Assembly (NCBI GenBank): GCA_963806225.1
Contig: CAWDXG010000004.1
Span: forward strand, 4,544,001-4,608,000
DNA length: 64,000 bases
Reading direction: 5' to 3'
Source: an uncultured delta proteobacterium
GTDB lineage: Bacteria > Myxococcota_A > Polyangia > Polyangiales > Polyangiaceae
This document shows, in pieces, positions 41,783-51,144 of this stretch (its first letter is position 1; the number at the start of each line of letters is the position of its first letter). A program made the position numbers and the translations under genes. The notes under the pieces were generated by a model that ran no database searches, had not been told where the DNA came from, and saw nothing but the letters and a program-made list of their open reading frames with translations.

Positions 41783-43084
41783 TCACGTCTCGATCGCGAT
41801 CGCGTGCAGCCCCACGAGATCGCCGCAGCTGGTGCGGCCTACGAGGTACACGTTGACCTCGGCCTGGTTGGGGCTGCCGGCGGGCGCGTGCACGGCGACG
41901 TAGAGCACGTCGCTGAGCTGGTCTGCGACGGCCGACTCGACCGCCGCCGAGGCGCCCTGATCGGCCGTGCTGCTCGAAGGCTCGAACGCGACGCCGAAGT
42001 TGTCGACCGGGCGAAGCTCCGCGGTGCTGCCGGAGGGCGCGCCGACGAGTGCCAGCACGGAGTCCGCCGTCGGCGCTGTCGTGCCGGCACCGGCGAACGA
42101 AACCACGTCGAGCGGCCGATCGCTCTCGCTCATGAAGAGCAGATCGGGGAGGTGCGGCGACACGGCGCTCTCGAACTTGTCGATGCAGGCATCCTGACCC
42201 GAGCCGGCGTTCCATTGTCCGCTCGCGGCGTAGTCGTGAAGCGCCGTCATCGTCTGCGTGCCCACGCCCGCGACATCGGCGACCGCGGCGACCGTCGTGA
42301 ACGGGCGCGCGGCGATGATCAGGTTCGCCGGATGCGTCGTCATCCCGTGCGCGGTCAGCTCGTCGACACTGGCGTCGTTGGCGATGGCCAGCGCCGTCTT
42401 CGCGGTGGCTTCGTCGAAGTCCACGCCGTCGAAGCTGCCGCCCAGGCTCTGGGTCTCGCCGGACCGCATCAACGGCCACCAGTCCGTCGCCGCGTCGCGC
42501 AGGCTGCCGAGCGCGCTCGGTCCCACGTACGACACCGGGCCCATCGCGGTCACGCTTGAAAACGGTCGTCCAGCGACCAGGCCGCTGGCGGCGCGCGAGT
42601 CGAGTATCGCGTCGAGCGCGTCGTAGTCCAGGTGATTGACCGCCCACACCACCGTCTGCGCCTGCCAGCCCTGGAAGTACACGCTCTCGACGGTTTCGGC
42701 AGCCGGAGCCGGATGCGTGGCGGCATACGTCTCGAGCTTCTGGAACGCCGTGTCCCCGACGTAGGGGATCGCGTCGAGCACGCCGATGTCCGCGAACTCC
42801 ACGTCGTCACTGGACGGGCAGGCGCCGTCCTGCCCGTTGCGATAGGCCACGATGTTGGCGGCGGCGCGCGAATCGAGTCCGACCGCGTCGTCCAGCGTGG
42901 CTTCGTCGGTGCCCGGGTAGTTGACGAACGCCAGCAGGCTCGCTGCATCGGCGGGGGACAGCGTCAGCGCATGGCCCGACGGGCTCGAGGTGCCCTCCGG
43001 GGAGGTGTCGCCTCCCGCGTTCAGGGCGCAGCCTGTCGGAAGAACCAACAAGGCGAGAAGCAAGAACGTGATCCGCTGGTACAT
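41783..43084 (-). CDS. Lipoprotein with three ComEA-like HhH repeats and a C-terminal NuiA (nuclease A inhibitor) domain
   Basis: AGGAG Shine-Dalgarno; lipobox PTGC; LDSRAA..YVG repeats; LLFMSESD.P..VYLVGRT..G.LVG....IET matches the NuiA signature. Confidence 0.85.
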   Translation of the reverse strand: MYQRITFLLLALLVLPTGCALNAGGDTSPEGTSSPSGHALTLSPADAASLLAFVNYPGTDEATLDDAVGLDSRAAANIVAYRNGQDGACPSSDDVEFADIGVLDAIPYVGDTAFQKLETYAATHPAPAAETVESVYFQGWQAQTVVWAVNHLDYDALDAILDSRAASGLVAGRPFSSVTAMGPVSYVGPSALGSLRDAATDWWPLMRSGETQSLGGSFDGVDFDEATAKTALAIANDASVDELTAHGMTTHPANLIIAARPFTTVAAVADVAGVGTQTMTALHDYAASGQWNAGSGQDACIDKFESAVSPHLPDLLFMSESDRPLDVVSFAGAGTTAPTADSVLALVGAPSGSTAELRPVDNFGVAFEPSSSTADQGASAAVESAVADQLSDVLYVAVHAPAGSPNQAEVNVYLVGRTSCGDLVGLHAIAIET

Positions 43085-43109
43085 GGCTAGCTCCTGAAAA
43101 CGATGGGTC

Positions 43110-43310
43110 TCAGACCTCGACGGTGGTCGTGCGCGTTCCCGGCGCTGCGCGCCGCACCGACGCCGCGAAGTACTCGGCGATGCGCCGGCGCAGCAGCTCC
43201 AGCGCATCCGGCTCGGAGTCGGCGACGGCCGAGCAGCCCGGTAGATCGGGGCAGTAGGCGCGCACCCGTCTTGTCCGGGTGCTGGGCTCGAGAACGACGG
43301 CGACCTTCAT
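43110..43310 (-). CDS. hicB: Short HicB-like antitoxin domain protein (no DNA-binding domain, no hicA nearby)
   Basis: VVLE..AYCPDLPGCSAVADSEPDALELLRRRIAEY. Confidence 0.75.
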   Translation of the reverse strand: MKVAVVLEPSTRTRRVRAYCPDLPGCSAVADSEPDALELLRRRIAEYFAASVRRAAPGTRTTTVEV

Positions 43311-43324
43311 GGCGCGTCCCCTGT

Positions 43325-43339
43325 ACAAGCGGCGTGCCA
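43325..43339 (-). promoter_or_regulatory. Candidate sigma-54 promoter of the hicB-HhH/NuiA unit
   Basis: Minus strand TGGCACG-ccgc-TTGT. Confidence 0.7.
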
Positions 43340-43402
43340 GGCCAGCCTCGCGCGTCGTTCCGGAGAATCTGGCGGATTCCAGCGTTCAGCTGCTGTAATA
43401 AC

Positions 43403-43434
43403 ACATATAGGAGTTGCAATTCTGCAACTATTGA
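43403..43434. promoter_or_regulatory. Candidate enhancer-binding protein UAS, copy 2
   Basis: Perfect palindrome AGTTGCA-attc-TGCAACT at 43412-43429. Confidence 0.65.
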
Positions 43435-43451
43435 TGAAGTCTTGGATACTC

Positions 43452-44926
<1,475 letters not shown>

Positions 44927-44930
<4 letters not shown>

Positions 44931-45592
44931 GCGGGGCAGGCGATGTTCTTCTGCCAGGTCCACGCGCCGCCGGTGCAGGTCACCGCGGCGCCGCTTGGAC
45001 CACACGGATTGCCGTAGCGGCACTCGGTCCCCTCCGGCGCACTGCAGGCGCTACCGTCGTTCGGCACGATCGCCGGGCATCCGGCGGTAGTCGGCGGCGG
45101 GGCGCACTGCCACTTCGGCGGCGGCGCCGCGCACGGGCCGGCGCTGCACGATGTGCACAGGCACAACGTGCCGTCCTGGTAGTCGCACACCTGGGCTTCG
45201 GTGCTGCACACGACGCCGTTCGCGGGCGGCGCGCCAGGGCAGCCCGTGTAGTGCGAGCACACCGACTGGGTGGGCGTCCACTTGCCGCCGCTGCAGAGCC
45301 ACTCGTAGCGGCACTCCGGCCGCACGGCGTCTCCGTAGGTGCAGCGCAGATCCGGCGCGCTGCACGCCTGACCCGATGCCGGTGCCTTCGCCGGGCAGCC
45401 GACGGGCGAGGTGCCACCGCTGCCGCCCGAACCACTGCTGCCGCCGCTGCCGCCGCTGCCGCCGGCGGCTCCGCTGCCGCCGGAAGCTCCGCTGCCCGCG
45501 GAGCCGCCGCTGCCGTCCGTGCTGGTATTGCCGCCACAGGCTGCGACGCAGAGCGCCAGGGCGACGAGGCCCGACTTCGCGAAGAGGTTCAT
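44927..45592 (-). CDS. Cys-rich repeat lipoprotein
   Basis: Lipobox VAAC; Gly/Ser linker; three GCP..P..G..CS....C.Y..C....W repeats. Confidence 0.8.
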
Positions 45593-45675
45593 CGTTGTTC
45601 TCCCGGCCACCCCGGGAGCCTACCGCTTCGCTCCGCGGTGCGGCCAGGGCCGCGTGGACTTCGCGGCGGCGCGGG

Positions 45676-47244
45676 CTAGCTCCGCCGCCTGCGGCGCCAG
45701 CCCCAGCCGAAGCCCAGCAGACCGAACAAGAGGAGCCCACCGCGCGGCAAGGAGTCGGTCGAGGCCACGCGGCAGCCGCATCCACCGTTCGAACCGGCGC
45801 TCGTGTCGCCGCGCGAGGGCTGGCCCCCGGCGCCGTTGCCGCCGCTGCTGTTCCCGCCGGCGGAGCTGGCTCCAGTGCCACCGGAGCCGATCACGAGCCC
45901 GCCGTCACCGCCCGATCCTCCGCTGGCTCCACCGCTGCCGTTCGGATTGTCCACGCACTGGCCGCTCTGGCAGAGCTGCCCCGACGGGCAGACGGCGCCC
46001 GCGCACGGGTCGACGCATTGTCCGGCCTTGCACACCTGTCCCGACGCGCACTGCTTGCCCTCGCAGCCGGGGTCCACGCACTTGCCGTTGGCGCTGTCGC
46101 ACGAAAGGCCGGTCGGACAGGGCGCGCAGGTGCAAGGCGGCCCGCAGGCTCCGGCGTTGCACACCTGACCCGAGGGGCACGTGACGCCGCTACAGGGATT
46201 GACGCAGGCTCCGACCCGGCATTGTTGCCCCGTCGGACACGTGACGCCATCGCACGGCGCTTTGCACTGGCCCTTCACGCAGACCTGCCCCGACGGGCAC
46301 GACACGCTCGCGCAGCTCGGGTCCACGCAGTAGCCGTTCGAGCAGACCTTGTTGCCCGAGCAGGAAAACTCGCCCGAGCCGCATGCCTTGACGCATGTGC
46401 CCCTGTCGCAGACGTAGTCCGTCTGGCACAGGCCCTGGCCGTCGTCGACCTGACCGTTGCAGTCGTTGTCGAGCCCGTCGCACTTCTCGGCGCTCGGCTG
46501 CACGGTCTGCGTGCAGTTCGTGGCGCCGCCGCTGGAGCACTGCGTGACGCCCTGTGCACAGATGCCCTGCTGCCCGGTGTCGCACGGCTGGCCGCCGCCC
46601 ACGCACTGCAGGCCCTGGAGCAGGTACACGTCGTCGTTGTAGTCGCCGTCGTTGGCGTAGCTGCTGGAGGTGACGTTTCCATCCTCGAACGCGAGGTAGT
46701 AGGCGTCCGGGAGCACGCTCGACTTGTACGTGACCGAGAGGATCCACGGTCCCGGCGAGCTGCAGCCCGAGCAGACGACGTTCCACTTGGCTTCAGAATA
46801 GTGCGTCTGCCCGCCGATCAGCGCGAAGCCGATAAGGCCGCCCGCGTACGCCGGATCCTTCTTGATGTCGGTACCGGTGAAGACGGTGCCCAGGGGGCTA
46901 TTCGGCGCCACGATCTGGTGGAGGAGCCCGCCGGTAGGCGGAGTCGTGGCCGTCGGGTCCACGTTGTACCAGGCGAGCCCGAAGTGCGAGCCCGCCTGGT
47001 TCAGGAGGTACGCGGCCTTGAAGTTGCAGAGCGGGGAGAACACGTCCGGCTTGGGGCTGGCGTCGTTCTGCCACTGGATGGCCTCGCCCCGCTGCTGGAA
47101 GAACGTGTAGAGCTGGATCTCGCCGTTCGCCGAATCTCGCGGAACGACGATGCCGTTCGGTTCGGTAGTGGTTGCCAGCGCGGCCCTGGAGGCGAGCAGC
47201 GCGACGCCGGCGACGAGGGAAGCGATGCACTTGCGAAGCAACAC
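45676..47244 (-). CDS. Surface protein: DUF4114-like domain, metal-binding (CDGLDNDCNG) motif, Cys-rich repeats, MYXO-CTERM
   Basis: LAFED..DGDYNDDVY; EKCDGLDNDCNGQVDD; repeated DPC..V.CP.GQ.C..G.C; GGCGCRV, TM, RRRRR. Confidence 0.85.
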   Translation of the reverse strand: MLLRKCIASLVAGVALLASRAALATTTEPNGIVVPRDSANGEIQLYTFFQQRGEAIQWQNDASPKPDVFSPLCNFKAAYLLNQAGSHFGLAWYNVDPTATTPPTGGLLHQIVAPNSPLGTVFTGTDIKKDPAYAGGLIGFALIGGQTHYSEAKWNVVCSGCSSPGPWILSVTYKSSVLPDAYYLAFEDGNVTSSSYANDGDYNDDVYLLQGLQCVGGGQPCDTGQQGICAQGVTQCSSGGATNCTQTVQPSAEKCDGLDNDCNGQVDDGQGLCQTDYVCDRGTCVKACGSGEFSCSGNKVCSNGYCVDPSCASVSCPSGQVCVKGQCKAPCDGVTCPTGQQCRVGACVNPCSGVTCPSGQVCNAGACGPPCTCAPCPTGLSCDSANGKCVDPGCEGKQCASGQVCKAGQCVDPCAGAVCPSGQLCQSGQCVDNPNGSGGASGGSGGDGGLVIGSGGTGASSAGGNSSGGNGAGGQPSRGDTSAGSNGGCGCRVASTDSLPRGGLLLFGLLGFGWGWRRRRRS

Positions 47245-47293
47245 GCTGACAAGAGTACCACCGATGAAATCCACCCGATAGACGCCCACGCTG

Positions 47294-47599
47294 TTACGCG
47301 CCGCGTCGCTCCCGTCGGTATCGCCGCGCGCTCTGCCCGCCCCCGCCGAGCAGCCCGATATCCATCAGGAGCGCGATGAGCACGAGCAGCCAACCGAGTG
47401 GCGGCATCTGCCCAGGCGCGCCGAGCGAATTCATCCCGAAGGCGAACGCGAGCGTGGTCAGCGGTAGGAAGAAGAAGCCCAGGAGCGGCCAGAGCCAACC
47501 CCCGAACGCTCGCGACAGATAGCCCCCCGAGAAGAACCACACGAGGAACAGAGCTAGACGCGGAAACGCGATTGCGATGCAGCCGACTAGACAGGGCAT
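47294..47599 (-). CDS. Small membrane protein
   Basis: FPRLALFLVW..WPLLGFFFLPLTTLA, three hydrophobic segments. Confidence 0.75.
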   Translation of the reverse strand: MPCLVGCIAIAFPRLALFLVWFFSGGYLSRAFGGWLWPLLGFFFLPLTTLAFAFGMNSLGAPGQMPPLGWLLVLIALLMDIGLLGGGGQSARRYRRERRGA

Positions 47600-47676
47600 G
47601 AGCCCGTGCAAGGTGCACATGCTCGCGGGCGCGGGCAAGTGTTGACGGCATGCGCGGTGCGGTCGACATTGACGCG

Positions 47677-47982
47677 ATGCTCGTCGTTGTCGCCGTGCTG
47701 TATGTCCGCCCGGGCGCCGAGGAAGTGTTCGCGGATTTCGAAGAGCAGGCGCTTGCCATCCTCCACGAACACGGAGGCCGGCTCGAGCGCGCAGTTCGGC
47801 CCGTGTGCGCTGCCGACGCTCCTCACGAGATCCACGTGCTCACGTTCCCGTCGCAGAGCGTTTTCGACGCCTACCGTGGGGATCCACGGCTCGCGGCGCT
47901 GGCCTCGCCGAGGCAGAGCGCCGTCGAGAAGACCGTCCTCTGGTCGGGGCCGGACGTGTCCGTCGAGTACCGCGGGGAGTGA
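47677..47982 (+). CDS. DUF1330-like dimeric alpha/beta barrel protein
   Basis: HGGRL..EIHVLTFPS..FDAYRGDP. Confidence 0.7.
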   Translation: MLVVVAVLYVRPGAEEVFADFEEQALAILHEHGGRLERAVRPVCAADAPHEIHVLTFPSQSVFDAYRGDPRLAALASPRQSAVEKTVLWSGPDVSVEYRGE

Positions 47983-47983
47983 C

Positions 47984-48430
47984 CTACGGATACAGGCACG
48001 TGCACGCGAGCTTGCCGGGGTCGGAGATCTGGCAATCGCACTGGCACAGCGAATCGGCGCAGGGGCAGGCGAGCTTGCCGTTGCAGGAGGGGGGGAGGGC
48101 TTTGCAGGCGTACGTGACCGTGGTGTTGTCGCAGCACTGCCCGGGCGTGCCTTGCTTGCCGCCCGGGCACAGGCCCGCGTCGTCTGGCGGCTGGCACGCC
48201 CCGCCGCTCGAGGTGGTGACGACGCAGACCTCTCCGGCCTTGCAGGTCGTGCCGTTGCAGTCGGTGGACTGCGCGTCGGACCCGGCGTCCTGTCCTCCCG
48301 TCGCGTCGTACCCGGAATCGGCGGACGCGTCGGAGCCCGCCGGGTTCTGTGTGGTCGAACCGCAGGCCAGGGCGAGCGGTGCCAGGACGGCGCCAAGCGC
48401 CAGCGCGAACAGAGAAAGTCGTGCCGTCAT
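47984..48430 (-). CDS. Small Cys-rich lipoprotein
   Basis: Lipobox ALAC; DAS/DSG/DAG linker; Cys-dense C-terminal half. Confidence 0.75.
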   Translation of the reverse strand: MTARLSLFALALGAVLAPLALACGSTTQNPAGSDASADSGYDATGGQDAGSDAQSTDCNGTTCKAGEVCVVTTSSGGACQPPDDAGLCPGGKQGTPGQCCDNTTVTYACKALPPSCNGKLACPCADSLCQCDCQISDPGKLACTCLYP

Positions 48431-48445
48431 GGGCAGCAGCCTACA

Positions 48446-48460
48446 GCATGCTCCGTGCCA
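48446..48460 (-). promoter_or_regulatory. Candidate sigma-54 promoter
   Basis: Minus strand TGGCACG-gagc-ATGC. Confidence 0.5.
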
Positions 48461-48541
48461 TCGAGATATCGGCGCGTTCGCGCGGCTTGTCGAGTGTCAG
48501 GCTGTGCCAGGTGCGCGTGGGATGGACAGCGATGTCGCGGA

Positions 48542-49135
48542 TCATCCGTGCGGTCGCCAGCGCACCAGCAGATCCGCGTCGCACAGCGAGTGGATGCGGA
48601 CCAGCACCTCGCCGTCCACGCCCAGCGCGTCCAGAGCACCTTCGTGCACGCCCACATTGTACGACTCCGGCCAGCCCCACACGCCGCGCAGCTCGAGGAT
48701 CGCTTCGCCGTCGCCCGTGTCCACGACGCGGGCGGTGCCCGTGTTTCCGACGAGGCGATAGGCCTTCGGCGCGACGTGCAGCGCCGAACGAGGGTCATCG
48801 CCGGCGATGCTCATCACCACGCGGCCGATTGTCGAGCTGGAGAATGTCGGGTACGCGAGCCGACCGAGTCGCCGCATGCCTTCGCGCACCGGCAGACCCG
48901 GATAGGCGAGCTTCGCTGCCTGGGGGAGCAGCTCGATCATCTCGCTGAGCGGGTAGTTGGTGAACGCCACGTAGCGTTTGCGGCCCGGGCGCTGTCCCGA
49001 GCGCTGCTCCACGAGATCGGCGATGTTCGACAGGAACATGCCCTTGACCGTCGCCGCGCGCGGCAGCGCTTGCAGCCGCGCGTCGAGCTCGAGCGGCGCC
49101 CGCATGTCCGGCTCCCCGAAACCGTCGCCTGTCAT
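48542..49135 (-). CDS. DUF2378/TIGR02265-like Myxococcales protein
   Basis: TVKGMF, YVAFTNYP, RRLGR..F..STIGRV, GVHEGAL..W. Confidence 0.8.
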   Translation of the reverse strand: MTGDGFGEPDMRAPLELDARLQALPRAATVKGMFLSNIADLVEQRSGQRPGRKRYVAFTNYPLSEMIELLPQAAKLAYPGLPVREGMRRLGRLAYPTFSSSTIGRVVMSIAGDDPRSALHVAPKAYRLVGNTGTARVVDTGDGEAILELRGVWGWPESYNVGVHEGALDALGVDGEVLVRIHSLCDADLLVRWRPHG

Positions 49136-49217
49136 GCTTCCGGGGGCACAATAGCCGATCCGCGGCGCACAGTTGAACTGGATTGCCCAGCTGGCATGAC
49201 CGACCCATGATGAGCCG

Positions 49218-49712
49218 ATGCGACCTCTCCTCGTAGCTCTGCTGGCCTCCGTCCTCCTGGTGGCCTGCGCGAAGCCGAAGCCTCCGACCATTACGCCCCA
49301 TTCGGTCGAGGTGAAGTCGGTGAGCCCGACGGCGCTGGTGCTCCACGCGCAGTTCGACGTGCACAATCCCAACGGCTTTCCCCTCATCGTCCGCAAGGTG
49401 TCCGGCAAGCTCACGGTCGCAAACAACGTGGACATGGGCTCGACCAGCGTGCCGAGCGGCGTATCGATCCCCGCCAACGGCACGCAGCGCGTCGCCAGCG
49501 ATCTGGACGTGTCCTGGCAGAACCTGAGCCAGCTGTTGCCGTACGCGGTGTCCGGAAAGCCGGTCCCGTACAGCTTCGACGGGCACGCCACCGTGGGTGG
49601 GAAGAGCCTCAACATCGAGGTGCCGTTCAGCATCAAGGGCGAGCTCACTTCTGCACAGCTGCTCTCGGCCGGGCTGAACGGTCTGCCGAAGTTGCCGGGG
49701 CTTGCTCCCTGA
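49218..49712 (+). CDS. LEA type 2 (WHy domain) lipoprotein
   Basis: Lipobox LVAC; VHNPNGFPL; IPANG. Confidence 0.85.
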   Translation: MRPLLVALLASVLLVACAKPKPPTITPHSVEVKSVSPTALVLHAQFDVHNPNGFPLIVRKVSGKLTVANNVDMGSTSVPSGVSIPANGTQRVASDLDVSWQNLSQLLPYAVSGKPVPYSFDGHATVGGKSLNIEVPFSIKGELTSAQLLSAGLNGLPKLPGLAP

Positions 49713-49815
49713 TCACAAGGTGATGCAATGCGTCGCACGATGGAGCGGCGCGTCGTGACCGATCGCAGCTCTGGGGCTGTTCGCGGCGAGCTGGATGTGT
49801 CATCCACAAGACGCC

Positions 49816-51138
49816 GTGAAGAACCTTCTACGCCTGGTCCTTGCGCTTTCCGCCGTGGTCGCCGTCGCAGCGGCCTGCTCCGCGGGCGGGACGGCCAACC
49901 ACGACAACGGCAGCGGCGGCTCCGCGGCATCGGGCGGCTCCGGAGCGTCGGGCGGCCTGGCCGGCACCGGTGGCGGACTCTCGCTGGACGGCGGTGGGGA
50001 CGCGAAGCCGCCCCCGGCGGTCGCTCATCTCAAAGGCAAGGTGTACTCGCCGCAGGGCGTGTTGCCGATCTCGGGCGCGCTGGTGTACCTGGCCAACTCG
50101 CCCCCAGCGCCGTTTCCCGATCACGTGTTCTGCGACCGCTGCGTCACGCTGAACAAGGGCGTGCCGTACACGTTCTCGAACCCCGACGGCAGCTTCGATC
50201 TGGGGGTCGACTCGACGGGCAAGTTCCAGCTGGTGGTCGAAAAGGGCCAGTTCCGCCGCGTGCGTGACGTCAACGTGACCGCCGGCACGGTCAACGTGCC
50301 GAAGGACGATACGACGCTGCCGCGCAAGACGGACCTGACCGTCCACGACGAGATCCCGAAGATGGCCGTGCTGCAGGGAGCGTGGGATGCCATCGAGGTA
50401 ACCCTCGCCAAGTTCGGGCTCGGTCAGCTGGAGCCCGGGCTGTTCAACCTCGGCGTGCAGGTGAAGCCCGGCACTGCTTCGTTCGACATCATAAAGGACA
50501 GCCGCCAGGCGTTCCTGTCCGACTACAGCCGGCTGTCGCAGTACCACATCGTGTTTCTGCCCTGCGACAACAACAGCGGCGGGACGACCTGCGACGACCT
50601 CACATCGGGCGACGTGACGGTGCAGCAGAACATCCAGAAGTTCGTGGCGGCCGGCGGCAAACTCTACGTCACCGACTATTCGTACGACTACGTGCGGCAG
50701 CCGTTTCCCGGCTACATGGACTGGGCGAACGAGACGAGCGCGATCGGTTCGGCGTGCCTTTCCAGCGAATACGACGCCAACGCCACCGTGCTCGACCAGG
50801 GCATGAAGGCCTGGCTGGCCGCGTCGGGCGTGACCTCGTTCCAGGTCAAGCAGAGCTGGACGATCGTCGACAAGGTCAATCCCGTGAAGACCACGGATCT
50901 GGACGGCAAGCCGACGACCGTCACGCCCAAGGTGTGGGTGCAGGGCGCCGTCCCGAACTACGGCGACAAGCCCACCACGGTCAGCTTCCCGCGAGCCTGC
51001 GGCCGCGTGATGTTCAGCACGTACCACACGGAATCCGGCGGAGCGACGGTCAGCTCCCCGCTCCTGCCGCAGGAGGCTGCGCTGATGTACGTGCTGCTCG
51101 AGGTCGGCGTGTGCATCGAGCCGACGATTCCGCAGTAG
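49816..51138 (+). CDS. Lipoprotein with a carboxypeptidase-regulatory-like domain and a GATase-like C-terminal domain
   Basis: Lipobox AAAC; GKVYSP.G..PISGALVY, SNPDGSF, KGQFRR; FVAAGGKLYVTD, GRVMFSTYH. Confidence 0.75.
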   Translation: MKNLLRLVLALSAVVAVAAACSAGGTANHDNGSGGSAASGGSGASGGLAGTGGGLSLDGGGDAKPPPAVAHLKGKVYSPQGVLPISGALVYLANSPPAPFPDHVFCDRCVTLNKGVPYTFSNPDGSFDLGVDSTGKFQLVVEKGQFRRVRDVNVTAGTVNVPKDDTTLPRKTDLTVHDEIPKMAVLQGAWDAIEVTLAKFGLGQLEPGLFNLGVQVKPGTASFDIIKDSRQAFLSDYSRLSQYHIVFLPCDNNSGGTTCDDLTSGDVTVQQNIQKFVAAGGKLYVTDYSYDYVRQPFPGYMDWANETSAIGSACLSSEYDANATVLDQGMKAWLAASGVTSFQVKQSWTIVDKVNPVKTTDLDGKPTTVTPKVWVQGAVPNYGDKPTTVSFPRACGRVMFSTYHTESGGATVSSPLLPQEAALMYVLLEVGVCIEPTIPQ

Positions 51139-51144
51139 CGCTCT

